Source: an uncultured Acidobacteriota bacterium (GTDB lineage: Bacteria > Acidobacteriota > Thermoanaerobaculia > Gp7-AA8). From it: a stretch of DNA of 64,000 nt. Positions 30,123 to 39,758 of this stretch are shown here, piece after piece. The notes under the pieces were generated by a model. The model saw only the letters and a list, made by a program, of their open reading frames with translations, was not told where the DNA came from and did no database searches. The stretch lies in assembly GCA_963741955.1 (NCBI GenBank), contig CAVUKB010000007.1, forward strand, positions 864,001 to 928,000. The letters are read 5' to 3'. Positions within the stretch are counted from its first letter, which is position 1, and each line of letters starts with the position of its first letter. Both the position numbers and the translations under genes were made by a program.

Positions 30123-31352
30123 TCAGAGACCTTCCTGGAGCAGTTGCACCAGCGCGGTTGCCAGAAGTTCGTACTGTGAGCGGCTATTGTAGAGCTGCGC
30201 GGAGATGCGCAGCACGCGAGCCGGAGGCGCCGGCCAGGGAATCACCGGTACTTCGATCCCGAAGCGATCGTAAAGAGCGTCCTGAAGCGGATCGCCATAA
30301 AGGCTTCTGGCGGGACTCGATGTCTGCGAAGGTGGGAGAGGAACGCTGGCCATCGATCCGATCATCGAATCCGGCGCAGTCGGAGGAATCTCCAGCGCAC
30401 CACAGAGAATCTGCCGCGCCTCGAGTGCGAGCTCGTGATTGATCCGCATCACTTCCGGCCATCCACCCGAAACGAGTGACCCAATGGTCCGAATCGCTTC
30501 CGGCACCGCGAGCCAGGGAGTCGGATCGACCGTTCCCATCCAGTCGAACTCGAGGAGATAACGGCTCCGGTCCGTCCGGATCGAGTTGGCGCCGTGACTG
30601 ATGATCGCGGGACGAACCAGCTCCCGCCGATCCTCTCTCACATACAGGAATGCCGCTCCCTTCGGAGCGCAGACCCATTTGTGAAGATTTCCAGTGTAAT
30701 AGGGTACGTCGAGCGCGCGGAGGTCGAGCGGCAACATCCCCGGCGCGTGTGCACCATCGACGAGGAGATCGATTCCGCGCTTCGACAACTCTCCGGCGAT
30801 CGACTCGATCGGAAAAACGAGAGCGGTCTGGCTGCTGACGTGGTCGAGCAGGACCAGGCGCGTCCGGCTGGAGAGGGCGCCGAGTACGGCCTCGACCGCC
30901 TCTCGTTCGTCTCCGATTGGAAACGGCACCGGAGCAGTGATCACGCGAGCGCCGGCGCGTGTGGCTACGAACTCGAGAATGTTTCTCGAGGCGTTGTACT
31001 CGTGGTCGGTGGTGACCAGCTCGTCACCGGCGTGGAGCTCCAGAGAACGAAGTACGGAGTTGACTGCGGTCGTCGCGTTCGGTACGAATGCGACACCGGC
31101 AGGATCGGCGCCGACGAACGACGCAACGGTCGCGCGCGCGGAGTCGAGCAGTCCCTCCAGCTCGCGCGCGAGGAAACGGACCGGCGCCAGCTCGATTGCT
31201 TCGCGCAGCCTTCTCTGCTCGTCGAGCACTCCTCTGGGACACGCGCCGAACGATCCGTGATTCAAAAAGACGGTTCCCCAGTCGAGCATCCAATGGTGTG
31301 CGAGAGGGCTCACGTGCAGGTCCGGCGCGATCAGATCCTCGGTCACGGTCAT
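30123..31352 (-). CDS. Class V PLP enzyme (isopenicillin-N epimerase / cysteine desulfhydrase-like)
   Basis: FLNHGSFGACP, VDGAHAPG, YTGNLHKW. Confidence 0.9.
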   Translation of the reverse strand: MTVTEDLIAPDLHVSPLAHHWMLDWGTVFLNHGSFGACPRGVLDEQRRLREAIELAPVRFLARELEGLLDSARATVASFVGADPAGVAFVPNATTAVNSVLRSLELHAGDELVTTDHEYNASRNILEFVATRAGARVITAPVPFPIGDEREAVEAVLGALSSRTRLVLLDHVSSQTALVFPIESIAGELSKRGIDLLVDGAHAPGMLPLDLRALDVPYYTGNLHKWVCAPKGAAFLYVREDRRELVRPAIISHGANSIRTDRSRYLLEFDWMGTVDPTPWLAVPEAIRTIGSLVSGGWPEVMRINHELALEARQILCGALEIPPTAPDSMIGSMASVPLPPSQTSSPARSLYGDPLQDALYDRFGIEVPVIPWPAPPARVLRISAQLYNSRSQYELLATALVQLLQEGL

Positions 31353-31616
31353 CTCCTGGAAAGGGAATCATCCTACTCGTAATCGAGGGCTTTGCAAGGA
31401 GGGGTGAGAGTCCGCACCGCTCGCCCGCGGCAGTCTCGAGCCATCAATCGTCCGGAATGCCGAATTCAGGTCGAATGTTTTTCTCTCAATGCCGCACTGC
31501 TTTTGGTGAGATCGAGCCTACGGGCGCCGACAGGTCGGATGCGAGCCGGCGCGGCAGACTTCCTTCACCTGAGCCCGGGTCTCCTCGAACGGCAGCACGG
31601 AACGAAAGGAGATTCA

Positions 31617-31820
31617 ATGCGAAGCACAGGCAGCGTGAAGTGGTTCAATGAGTCGAAAGGCTTTGGATTCATTACGACTGACAACGGAGAGGACGTGTTC
31701 GTCCACTACAGTGCGATTCAGTCGCAGGGATTCCGGACGCTCCCCGAGGGCGCTCGCGTCGAGTTCGACGTGGTGAATGGTCCGAAGGGACTGCAGGCGG
31801 CCAACGTCGTAACGATCTGA
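31617..31820 (+). CDS. Cold-shock protein
   Basis: [24 protein letters not shown]. Confidence 0.96.
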   Translation: MRSTGSVKWFNESKGFGFITTDNGEDVFVHYSAIQSQGFRTLPEGARVEFDVVNGPKGLQAANVVTI

Positions 31821-31847
31821 GCTCCAGGTTCGTCACTCGACCGAATC

Positions 31848-31876
31848 AGAGGCGGCCTCCGGGCCGCCTCTCTCTT
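31848..31876 (+). terminator. Terminator hairpin after the cold-shock gene
   Basis: AGAGGCGGCC-tccg-GGCCGCCTCT-ctctt. Confidence 0.65.
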
Positions 31877-31971
31877 ATGCGGCGCCGGAAGCGCGGGCTG
31901 GCATTTACGCTGCATTTACGCCTGCGCGGACAGCGTGAGTACACGCCTCCCCGGCCGGAGAGGATTCACCA

Positions 31972-32112
31972 GTGGCAGAAGAAACAGAGTTTTCAGCTCT
32001 GAGCGCGTTCCGATCCGACTTCTGCAAAGTCTATCGCGATCTCGAGTTCCCCGGCGATGTCTACGAGCACATCGAGGAGTATCACGAACAGAAGGACTCG
32101 GCCTCGGAATGA
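31972..32112 (+). CDS. Putative 46-aa acidic small protein (not in the ORF track)
   Basis: GGAGAGG RBS, GTG start; MAEETEFSALSAFRSDFCKVYRDLEFPGDVYEHIEEYHEQKDSASE; GC3-rich codons in the second half. Confidence 0.5.
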   Translation: MAEETEFSALSAFRSDFCKVYRDLEFPGDVYEHIEEYHEQKDSASE

Positions 32113-32213
32113 GTGGGCAGCGGGATGGAGACCGAAGCCTGACCGGGTCAGCGGCCATGGCACGATGAAAGCACGGGATCTGATCGACCGGCAGTTCACA
32201 CTCAGGGGGATCG

Positions 32214-32777
32214 ATGCGGTGTAGATGTTTCGTCTTTCTCGTTGGTGCCATTCTCGCGACGACCGGTTGCAGGGAACCGGTCGACAATCCGCCTCCGGCG
32301 AATCCGCCTCGTCACATCGCATCACCTCCACCGGAGAACCCGCCACGCGACGTCCCGGTCGATGCGCAGAAGGCCCGGATGTCGCCCGTCGCGGCGATCA
32401 CATGGGTCGGCGACTACACACTCGGCAAGTCGCTGAACATGGACGGACGGATTCCGCGAGGGATGACGGATAACGACTTCAACCCCGAGGACGACGTATA
32501 CATCGCGATGGAGGTGGGTGCGGCACCGGCCGGGACGAAGATCACCGCGGTATGGTACGAGCCGGATGGCAAAGTGGTGGACGAGGCGACGAAGGTCGTC
32601 GAGTCGCGGGAGAACTACATGCATTTCAGGATGCCGCCCAACGGGAAGGAGGGAAAGAAACTCCTGCCGGGAACGTATCTCGTCGCCGTTTACGCAGACG
32701 GCACGCTCGTCCATCGGACGGATTTTCACGTCGATCCCGCTTCCGTGGAATCGCCGGAGAAGAAGCCGATCTACTGA
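32214..32777 (+). CDS. Hypothetical lipoprotein with Ig-like domain
   Basis: Lipobox TTGC, Pro-rich linker, PGTYLVAVYADG. Confidence 0.75.
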   Translation: MRCRCFVFLVGAILATTGCREPVDNPPPANPPRHIASPPPENPPRDVPVDAQKARMSPVAAITWVGDYTLGKSLNMDGRIPRGMTDNDFNPEDDVYIAMEVGAAPAGTKITAVWYEPDGKVVDEATKVVESRENYMHFRMPPNGKEGKKLLPGTYLVAVYADGTLVHRTDFHVDPASVESPEKKPIY

Positions 32778-32836
32778 ATGGAGACACCGCTGCGGGGTGG
32801 GCCCGGCGCCCCGGAATTACAGTATGATGCCGCGCC

Positions 32837-33448
32837 ATGACCATCGTTCGTCGCCTTCCTTTTCTCCGTACGCTGACGCGAATCGCGTTGGTGACCGCAG
32901 CCGTTGTCCTCGTTTCGTGCGCGACGCCGGCCCCTTCTCCCGAGCCTGCGCCTCTGCCGGAGACTCCGTCCGGAACTGCGTCGGTTGAAACTCCGATCGG
33001 TACCGCGAGAGTGTCCGGATCGTCATTGAACGTGCGGAGCGGCCCGCGCACTTCTGACGGAATCGTGACCACTCTCCGTCGCGGAGAGCACGTGGCGGTG
33101 CTCGAGAAGGAAGGCGGATGGAGCCGCGTGCGTCTTCAGGACGGAACGGTCGGGTGGGCCGCATCGAGATATCTGCGGACGGTGAAGGACTGCCCTCCCG
33201 ATCGCGACTTCCGCGTCGTCGACGCACCGCCGCTCGCGCTCTCCGACGGGACCGGAGGAACGGTGCAGGTCGAGGCGACGGTCGGTCCGGACGGCAAGGT
33301 CAAGTCCGCGCGGATCACGAAGAACACCACCGGCGACTCGGCGCTCGCTGCGGAGGCCGAGAAGGAGATCCGAAGCGCGACGTTCGAGCCTCCGATCCGG
33401 AAGTGTCTTGCGAAGAGCTTCATCTATCTCTACACGAAAACCTACTGA
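32837..33448 (+). CDS. Lipoprotein with SH3b and TonB C-terminal domains
   Basis: LVSC lipobox; LNVRSGP..GWSRV..GWAASRYL; GTVQVEATVGPDGKV..FEP. Confidence 0.8.
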   Translation: MTIVRRLPFLRTLTRIALVTAAVVLVSCATPAPSPEPAPLPETPSGTASVETPIGTARVSGSSLNVRSGPRTSDGIVTTLRRGEHVAVLEKEGGWSRVRLQDGTVGWAASRYLRTVKDCPPDRDFRVVDAPPLALSDGTGGTVQVEATVGPDGKVKSARITKNTTGDSALAAEAEKEIRSATFEPPIRKCLAKSFIYLYTKTY

Positions 33449-33550
33449 CGCCCGGCTCTCTCTCGTCCTCTTCCGGCGCAGCAGTTTCCACCTCGGCGAC
33501 CAGTTTCGAGCCAGAGGTATTTTTCCGGTGCCTCTGAGGACTCCTGAACC

Positions 33551-35602
33551 ATGAATGCCAGTACTTCCGGTCCGGATCCTTACCATCCTTCGAGCATGGA
33601 GACGCTGATCGGAACCACATCGGAGACGATGCCTCCGGATCTCCTTCCGGTCGTCTGGGCGTTCGAGAGAGGGCGTATTCTCTTCGTCAGCGACACGGTC
33701 GAGGACGCCCTCGGCTTTTCTCCGCAAGAAGTCACCTCGTCCGTTCCCGCCGATCTTCACAGGCGGATCCATCCGGACGATCTCGACCGTCTGTCGGCCG
33801 CCTGCGAGACGCTTCTGCAGGGTGGTCCTTCGATCTCGATCGACTTCCGTTTCTTCCGCAAAGACGGCCGGTGCGTCTGGTTGTTCATGCGAGCCCGGTC
33901 CGTGGTCCGGCCGGACGGAGAGCGGGTGGTTCACGGCGTGGTCTCCGACGTCACGGCACGCAAGGAGCTCGAAAAGAGTCTTCGGGAGAGGATCTCCGAG
34001 GAAGAGCTGGTCGCCTCGATCTCCACTCGTCTGCTCAAGGCGAAAGCAGCCGAGATCGACATGGCGATCAACAGCTGTCTCGAAGAGATCGCCCACCACG
34101 TCGGAGCGGACCGCAGCTCTCTCTACGTCGGCCTTCGAGAAGGAGAGGAGATAATCCGGCCGTATTTCTGGAAGAGTTCCGAGTTGGATCTGAAGGATCT
34201 GAAGATGTCCAAAGGGATGCCCGGACTCCGTGGCTGGGTCGAACGGATTCTGGATCTGAAGTCCGTGTGGGTCGACTCCGCGTCGAGCAGCGTCACGGAT
34301 CCCGAGCGAGCCATTCTCCATCAACTCGGAGTGAGATCTGCGCTTCTGGTTCCTTTCGAGCTCGGTGGTGACTCCGTCGCGGTCCTCGCGTCGAGCTGGA
34401 TCGACACGCCCGCGGAGAGTCATCAGAATCTCTCTATGCTGCTGCGGAAGTTCGTCCGGATCTTCGCCCACACCATGTTGCGGAAGGAATCGGAAGAGCA
34501 GCTCGGTCGCAGTGAACGGCACTTCCGATCGCTCATCGAGGGCTCGTCGGAAGTGATCGCGATCATGGACGAGAGGGGCTACCTTTCGTACGGTTCACCC
34601 TCGATCCGGCGGGTACTCGGATACCGGAGCAACGAGCTGGTGGGTCGTAGCGTCTTCGACCTGGTTCATAGGGACGAGCTCGATCAGGTCCGAAGACGTT
34701 TCGATGTCTGGCTTGCGAGCGACCAGACGAGCTGTCCGTTTGCCTTTCGGTTCCGGCACGCGGACGGGAGCTGGCGCTGTGTGGAAGCAGTTGCCACGGA
34801 CCTGCGCGATGACGAGCAGATTTCCGGAATCGTGGTGAATGCACGCGACGTCACCGAGCGTGTCCTGCTCGAGCGGAAGGTGGAGCAGAACAGCCGGATG
34901 ACCAGCCTCGGTAATCTCGCGGCGACGGTCGCGCACGAATTCAACAACGTGCTGATGGGAGTCCAGACATTCGCGGAGCTGGTTGGCAGGAAGGCGGACG
35001 ACCCGGCGACGGTTCGTCGGGGCGCGTCGCAGATCCTTCGCTCGCTCGAACGGGGAAAGCGTGTCTCCACGGAGATCCTCCGCTTCACCCGTCCGCCGGA
35101 ACCGGTGCTGCGACGAATTGCGGTGCGAGAGTGGCTGGAGGAGTTCTCCCACGAGCTCGAGTCGCTCCTGCCGGGGGGAATCGACCTGCAACTCGACCTC
35201 GCGGCCGACGTGGTGATCGAAGGCGACTGCGTACAGCTCGAGCAGGTCCTTTCCAATCTCCTTCTGAATGCCCGCGATGCGATGCCGGAGGGGGGAGCGA
35301 TCATTCTCAGGCTCGGCCCGGGCTCCCATTCCGATGGAAGCCGGGAAGGAGAGCGCTTCGCGGAAATCTCGCTCTCGGACAGCGGCAGCGGGATGAAGCC
35401 GGAGGTTCTCCGTCACATTTTCGATCCCCTTTTCACCACCAAACGTACCGGCGGAACGGGTCTGGGGCTGGCGGTGGTACACCAGATCATCAGCGCGCAT
35501 CGAGGCAGCATCGCCGTGGAGACCGCGCTGGGAGAAGGTTCCACCTTCCGGCTCCGGCTTCCTCTTGCACCGGAGTCAGCGGCAGAGAGCTCCATGCCGT
35601 GA
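33551..35602 (+). CDS. Cytoplasmic PAS-GAF-PAS histidine kinase
   Basis: IHPDD, AHEFNNVL, NARDAM, FDPLFTTK, GTGLGL. Confidence 0.92.
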   Translation: MNASTSGPDPYHPSSMETLIGTTSETMPPDLLPVVWAFERGRILFVSDTVEDALGFSPQEVTSSVPADLHRRIHPDDLDRLSAACETLLQGGPSISIDFRFFRKDGRCVWLFMRARSVVRPDGERVVHGVVSDVTARKELEKSLRERISEEELVASISTRLLKAKAAEIDMAINSCLEEIAHHVGADRSSLYVGLREGEEIIRPYFWKSSELDLKDLKMSKGMPGLRGWVERILDLKSVWVDSASSSVTDPERAILHQLGVRSALLVPFELGGDSVAVLASSWIDTPAESHQNLSMLLRKFVRIFAHTMLRKESEEQLGRSERHFRSLIEGSSEVIAIMDERGYLSYGSPSIRRVLGYRSNELVGRSVFDLVHRDELDQVRRRFDVWLASDQTSCPFAFRFRHADGSWRCVEAVATDLRDDEQISGIVVNARDVTERVLLERKVEQNSRMTSLGNLAATVAHEFNNVLMGVQTFAELVGRKADDPATVRRGASQILRSLERGKRVSTEILRFTRPPEPVLRRIAVREWLEEFSHELESLLPGGIDLQLDLAADVVIEGDCVQLEQVLSNLLLNARDAMPEGGAIILRLGPGSHSDGSREGERFAEISLSDSGSGMKPEVLRHIFDPLFTTKRTGGTGLGLAVVHQIISAHRGSIAVETALGEGSTFRLRLPLAPESAAESSMP

Positions 35603-35625
35603 AGATGTGACGTTGGTCGCCGCGC

Positions 35626-36783
35626 TCAGGCCGGGAGGCCGTCCGCGTCGTAGACGACCGCTGCGAGTGCAGGGCGCCCATAGTGATATCCCTGCACCAG
35701 GCGGATTCCGAGGTCGATTGCGGCCTCGACGGTCGCCGCAGATTCGACTCCTTCCAGGATCACTTCCGCAGAGAGATCGCGCGCGAGCGAGAGGATGTTC
35801 CGGACGATCTTCACTTTGGTCGGATCCTCTTCGAAGGAGCAACCGAAGTGCTGGCTGATCTTGAGATACGAGGGACGGATGACGTCGAGCATCGGGAAAT
35901 GGGAGTACGCGACGCCGACATCGTCGAGAGCGAGGCGGACTCCGGCATCGCGCAGTGTTCCGAATGCCCGCTCCGCCGCGGCGTGATCACTGAACGACGA
36001 CTGCTCGGTGATCTCGATGACCAGCTTGTCGAGCGGAATCCCGCACTCTCCGGCCTGCTGAATGAGTGTTCGCACCAGGCGGCCGTCGGCCGAGAGTGCC
36101 TTCGGATGGACGTTGAGGAACAGACACCCCCGTTCGACGAGACTCCGGCCATGCGAGAGGCTCTGCATCATGCATGAGAGCTCGAGATCGACGACCCTCT
36201 TTTTCCGGCTCGCGTATTCGAAGAGGGTGTCGGGGGCCGAGATCGGCGATTCGGTGCGAAGGCGCGTGAGTGCTTCGAAGGCGAAGACGCGGACCTGGTG
36301 GGCGTCGTTGATCCGGTAGATCGGTTGGAACACCGGAACCAGGTCGTCACTCACGACGATCTCGTCGAGTACCGGGACGCGCACGACGGGGATCTCGCCG
36401 TCATCGTTCCCCGGCCCTTCCAGGAAGGGCTCCAGCGCGGCAACCTCGAAGGGTTTGCCGAGAAATGCGATGGCCCCGCGCCGCATCGCTTCGGCTTTCA
36501 ATTCGCTCGATGGTTTTCCGGTCATGATCACCACCCTCATGGACGAGGAGCGATCGAGGGCGTACCGGATGAAGTCGAGACCTTCGTAACCGAACATCCC
36601 GGAGAACTGCACGTCGGCGACGATCAGCGAAGGAACGACGCGGTCGAGGATCAGCTCCGCGGACTCGACGTCGTTGCAGGTGATGATGCGTCGGCCGCGG
36701 TTCTGAAGCGCGAGCGCAAGACCCTCCGTGACGGAAGGATCATCATCGATGATCATGATGCAATCGGGATAGCTCTTCTCCAT
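35626..36783 (-). CDS. REC-EAL c-di-GMP phosphodiesterase-like response regulator
   Basis: IIDDD receiver; FEALTR, IEITE, LDDVG, EGVE, QGY. Confidence 0.9.
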   Translation of the reverse strand: MEKSYPDCIMIIDDDPSVTEGLALALQNRGRRIITCNDVESAELILDRVVPSLIVADVQFSGMFGYEGLDFIRYALDRSSSMRVVIMTGKPSSELKAEAMRRGAIAFLGKPFEVAALEPFLEGPGNDDGEIPVVRVPVLDEIVVSDDLVPVFQPIYRINDAHQVRVFAFEALTRLRTESPISAPDTLFEYASRKKRVVDLELSCMMQSLSHGRSLVERGCLFLNVHPKALSADGRLVRTLIQQAGECGIPLDKLVIEITEQSSFSDHAAAERAFGTLRDAGVRLALDDVGVAYSHFPMLDVIRPSYLKISQHFGCSFEEDPTKVKIVRNILSLARDLSAEVILEGVESAATVEAAIDLGIRLVQGYHYGRPALAAVVYDADGLPA

Positions 36784-36819
36784 TCAATCCCCGTGGCGGC
36801 GAGGCCTGCGTTCCCTATC

Positions 36820-38205
36820 TTACTTCAGCCGGTCGTCACTTTCCCGATTCAGTTTCCGCAACTTGTATCCGATCAGGCTCCGCGAGACGCCGAGGTCGCG
36901 CGCGGCGGCCGCCTGCACTCCATTCGCGCGCTCGAGGGAGCGCCGGATCACCATCGATTCGAACTCCCGCATCACACCGTGGAGCTCCAGGCCCGGAGGA
37001 AGTGATTGGAGAAGCCGGTCGAGGGCCTCGTTCCACGGGGGCTGATTCGAGCGGAGTGGCAGATCCTCGGGGGTGATGCAGTCACTGCGGGCGAGGATGA
37101 CCGCTCTTTCGATGAGGTTTCGGAGCTCTCGGACGTTTCCGGGGAACGCGTACGAGCAGAGGTGTTGAACCGCCTCTTCGGAGAGCCTCACCGGTCGCGC
37201 GTTCATCTCCCGAACCGCCTGCCGGACGAAGAATTCCGCGAGGATCGGAACGTCCTGGAGCCGCTGGCGCAAGGGAGGCACCTCGATCGGGACGACGGCG
37301 AGGCGGTAGTAGAGATCCTCGCGAAAGGTTCCCTCCTTGACCATCGCGGGAAGATCGCGGTTCGTGGCGACGATCACGCGTGCGTCGATGCGACGCGGCT
37401 GAGTCGAGCCGACGCGGACCACATCGCCATCGACGAGAACCCGAAGGAGCTTGGCCTGGAGCGAAGGGGACATCTCGCTCGCCTCGTCGAGAAAGAGCGT
37501 CCCTCCGTGTGCCGCCTCGAACAATCCCTGGCGAGGACGGTCGGCTCCGGTGAAGGCGCCGCGCTCATGGCCGAACAGCTCACTCTCCAGCAGCGTCTCG
37601 GTAACCGCGGCACAGTTCACCGCAATGAATGGCTTCCGGCTGCGAGGGCTCGCCGCGTGGACCGACCGGGCGACCAACTCCTTTCCGCTCCCGGTTTCGC
37701 CCACGATCAGCACCGTCGCATTCGTCGGGGCGACGCGCGACACGAGATCCCGCAGGACGGACATGGCCTCCGAGTCGCCGATCAGAGATCTGCCGCCCGA
37801 GTCGGGCGCCGATCGGCGGAGGAGGAGATTTTCGCGCGAGAGCTCGGTTCGTTCGCAGGCGCGGCGGACGATCATCAGGACGTGATCGGGGACGAACGGC
37901 TTGGGGATGAAATCGAACGCGCCGGCGCGCATCGCCTCCACCGCGAGCTCGACGGTGGCGAACGCCGTGAGAAACACCACCGGCAACGTGGGGTCCACGT
38001 CGCGGCAGAATGCGAGCAGCTCGAGACCTTCGCCGTCCTGCATCTTCTGATCGGTCAATACCAGATCGAAAATGTTCCCGGAGAGCGCCGCCCGGGCATC
38101 GCGAAGACCCGTGGCTTCGGCGACCTCGTGGCCGTCGCTCCGGAGCAGGCTGCGCAGAATCTTTCTCAGGTTGGCTTCGTCGTCTACGACGAGGATGTGC
38201 GCCAT
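36820..38205 (-). CDS. sigma54-dependent response regulator (NtrC/AtoC family)
   Basis: Receiver; GETGSGKE, GAFTGA, FREDLYYRL, PGNVREL; Fis HTH. Confidence 0.95.
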   Translation of the reverse strand: MAHILVVDDEANLRKILRSLLRSDGHEVAEATGLRDARAALSGNIFDLVLTDQKMQDGEGLELLAFCRDVDPTLPVVFLTAFATVELAVEAMRAGAFDFIPKPFVPDHVLMIVRRACERTELSRENLLLRRSAPDSGGRSLIGDSEAMSVLRDLVSRVAPTNATVLIVGETGSGKELVARSVHAASPRSRKPFIAVNCAAVTETLLESELFGHERGAFTGADRPRQGLFEAAHGGTLFLDEASEMSPSLQAKLLRVLVDGDVVRVGSTQPRRIDARVIVATNRDLPAMVKEGTFREDLYYRLAVVPIEVPPLRQRLQDVPILAEFFVRQAVREMNARPVRLSEEAVQHLCSYAFPGNVRELRNLIERAVILARSDCITPEDLPLRSNQPPWNEALDRLLQSLPPGLELHGVMREFESMVIRRSLERANGVQAAAARDLGVSRSLIGYKLRKLNRESDDRLK

Positions 38206-38208
38206 GAA

Positions 38209-39525
38209 TCAGGTCTCCTGTGGAACCGGTTCGGATGGAATCGTTCCGGTGAGTGGAAGAAGAATCTCGAAAAGGATCCGTCCGGGTTCGTTCGACGCGA
38301 GGAAGAGGTCTCCGTGATGACTCCGGGCGATCGAGCGGGCGATCGCGAGCCCGAGCCCGGTCCCCGCCGGACGGGTGGTGAAGAACGGTTCGAAGATCTG
38401 GCTGCGGATTTCCGGCGGCACCGGCTCCCCGGGATTTTCCACCGCGATCGCAATTCCCTCCGGACGGGCGAGACCCCGCACCACGACCTCTCCTCCGGGC
38501 GGCGTGGCCTCGATCGCGTTGGAGACGAGATTCAGCACCGCACGGTGGAGCTGGTGCACGTCCGCCTCGACGACGATTTCTTCGTCGCAATCGATCCGGA
38601 GCCGGAGGCCGGCCTCGGCCACCTTCCCCTGAGCCAGATCGCGGGCGTATCCGAGTATGGAAACGAGTGGAACGCAACTGCGGTCGGGTGGCGTCTGACG
38701 GGCGTAGATCAAAAAATCCGAGACCAGCCGCTCCAGACGTGTGGCTTCCTGTTCGATGATGGAATCGAGCTCACTTCGCGAGAGGCCGATCGTCTCTCCG
38801 CGACCGGACATGGCGAGAGAACTGAGGATCATCGCGACGGGGTTCCGGATCTCGTGCGCGACCGAGCTCGCCAGCCGGCCGATGGCGGCGAGCTTCTCCT
38901 CCTCCACCAGCCGGTCACGGGTGATCTGCAGCTGCTCGAAACTCTCACTGAGCCGTCTCTGTTCTTTCCGGAGTTGTCTCGACAGAAGCGCGACGACCGT
39001 TCCCACCACGATGTAGATCAGCGCGACATTCGCCGCTTCGAAGTATTCGGTCACCCGAACCGTGAGTGCAGATCGAAAGTAGAGCCACACCTCGAGGATG
39101 GTCAACGCGGTCACCACGGTGATCACCAGCACCAGGCCGCGCGTACGGTAGCGGAATCCGGCGGCGATCACCGGGATGATCATCAGCACGACGTAGTGCG
39201 CATCCTGCAGCCCGCTCGCGCGGGAGAGGAGAAATGCGAAGCCGACGTGCAGCCAGATCGTGACGTTCGCGTATGCCGAAAGGATCCGCCGGCTGGAGGG
39301 GCGTCCGTTCTGCAGACAAATCAGCTCCACCGTCTGCATCAGCACCCGGAAGAGGAGCACCACGAAAAAAAGGCGGCCTGGGGTTCCGAGAGCCGGCACG
39401 AACAGCACGTGCGCGGCGGCGATTCCTGAGAGAACCGCGAGGTTCAGGAGTATCAGGCGCGACTCCTGGCGCCGGAGGGAGACGGCGTCGAAGAGAGCCG
39501 CGACGTCTGGAGTGCGAGAGGTCAT
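38209..39525 (-). CDS. Membrane sensor histidine kinase
   Basis: About 6 TMs; AHEIRNP, NAIEA, FEPFFTT, GTGLGL. Confidence 0.92.
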   Translation of the reverse strand: MTSRTPDVAALFDAVSLRRQESRLILLNLAVLSGIAAAHVLFVPALGTPGRLFFVVLLFRVLMQTVELICLQNGRPSSRRILSAYANVTIWLHVGFAFLLSRASGLQDAHYVVLMIIPVIAAGFRYRTRGLVLVITVVTALTILEVWLYFRSALTVRVTEYFEAANVALIYIVVGTVVALLSRQLRKEQRRLSESFEQLQITRDRLVEEEKLAAIGRLASSVAHEIRNPVAMILSSLAMSGRGETIGLSRSELDSIIEQEATRLERLVSDFLIYARQTPPDRSCVPLVSILGYARDLAQGKVAEAGLRLRIDCDEEIVVEADVHQLHRAVLNLVSNAIEATPPGGEVVVRGLARPEGIAIAVENPGEPVPPEIRSQIFEPFFTTRPAGTGLGLAIARSIARSHHGDLFLASNEPGRILFEILLPLTGTIPSEPVPQET

Positions 39526-39586
39526 CGCGTTTGCCCTCGACCGGGAGTCTATCAGGGTCGGTGAATGAATGGGGGGGCGCCGCCGC

Positions 39587-39714
39587 TGTCGCAGAATTCG
39601 AACGCCCGCGGACCTCGCGTCGAAGAAGTTGGACGTCGGCTGAGTCGGTCCGGAGAAACAAATCGAGTGTTTACTTACGTTTCCGCCGATCGCCGTCACG
39701 GCACGCGCGTTGCG
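39587..39714 (+). promoter_or_regulatory. sigma54 promoter with candidate enhancer sites and IHF site
   Basis: CGGCACGCGCGTTGCG (GG-N10-GC, 39700-39713); AATCGAGTGTTTA (39661-39673); two GTCG.AGAA.T.G.ACG elements at 39587 and 39618. Confidence 0.72.
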
Positions 39715-39758
39715 CATGGAGCCTCCGAAACGAACCACGAGGTTCGTAAGGAGGAAAT

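Noticed and set aside
37006-39429. 807-aa + strand ORF and similar long ORFs (6843-8639, 13616-15361, 18057-19571, 28333-30192, 59492-61108)
   Set aside because: Antisense shadows of clearly recognisable genes, typical of high-GC DNA; no motifs
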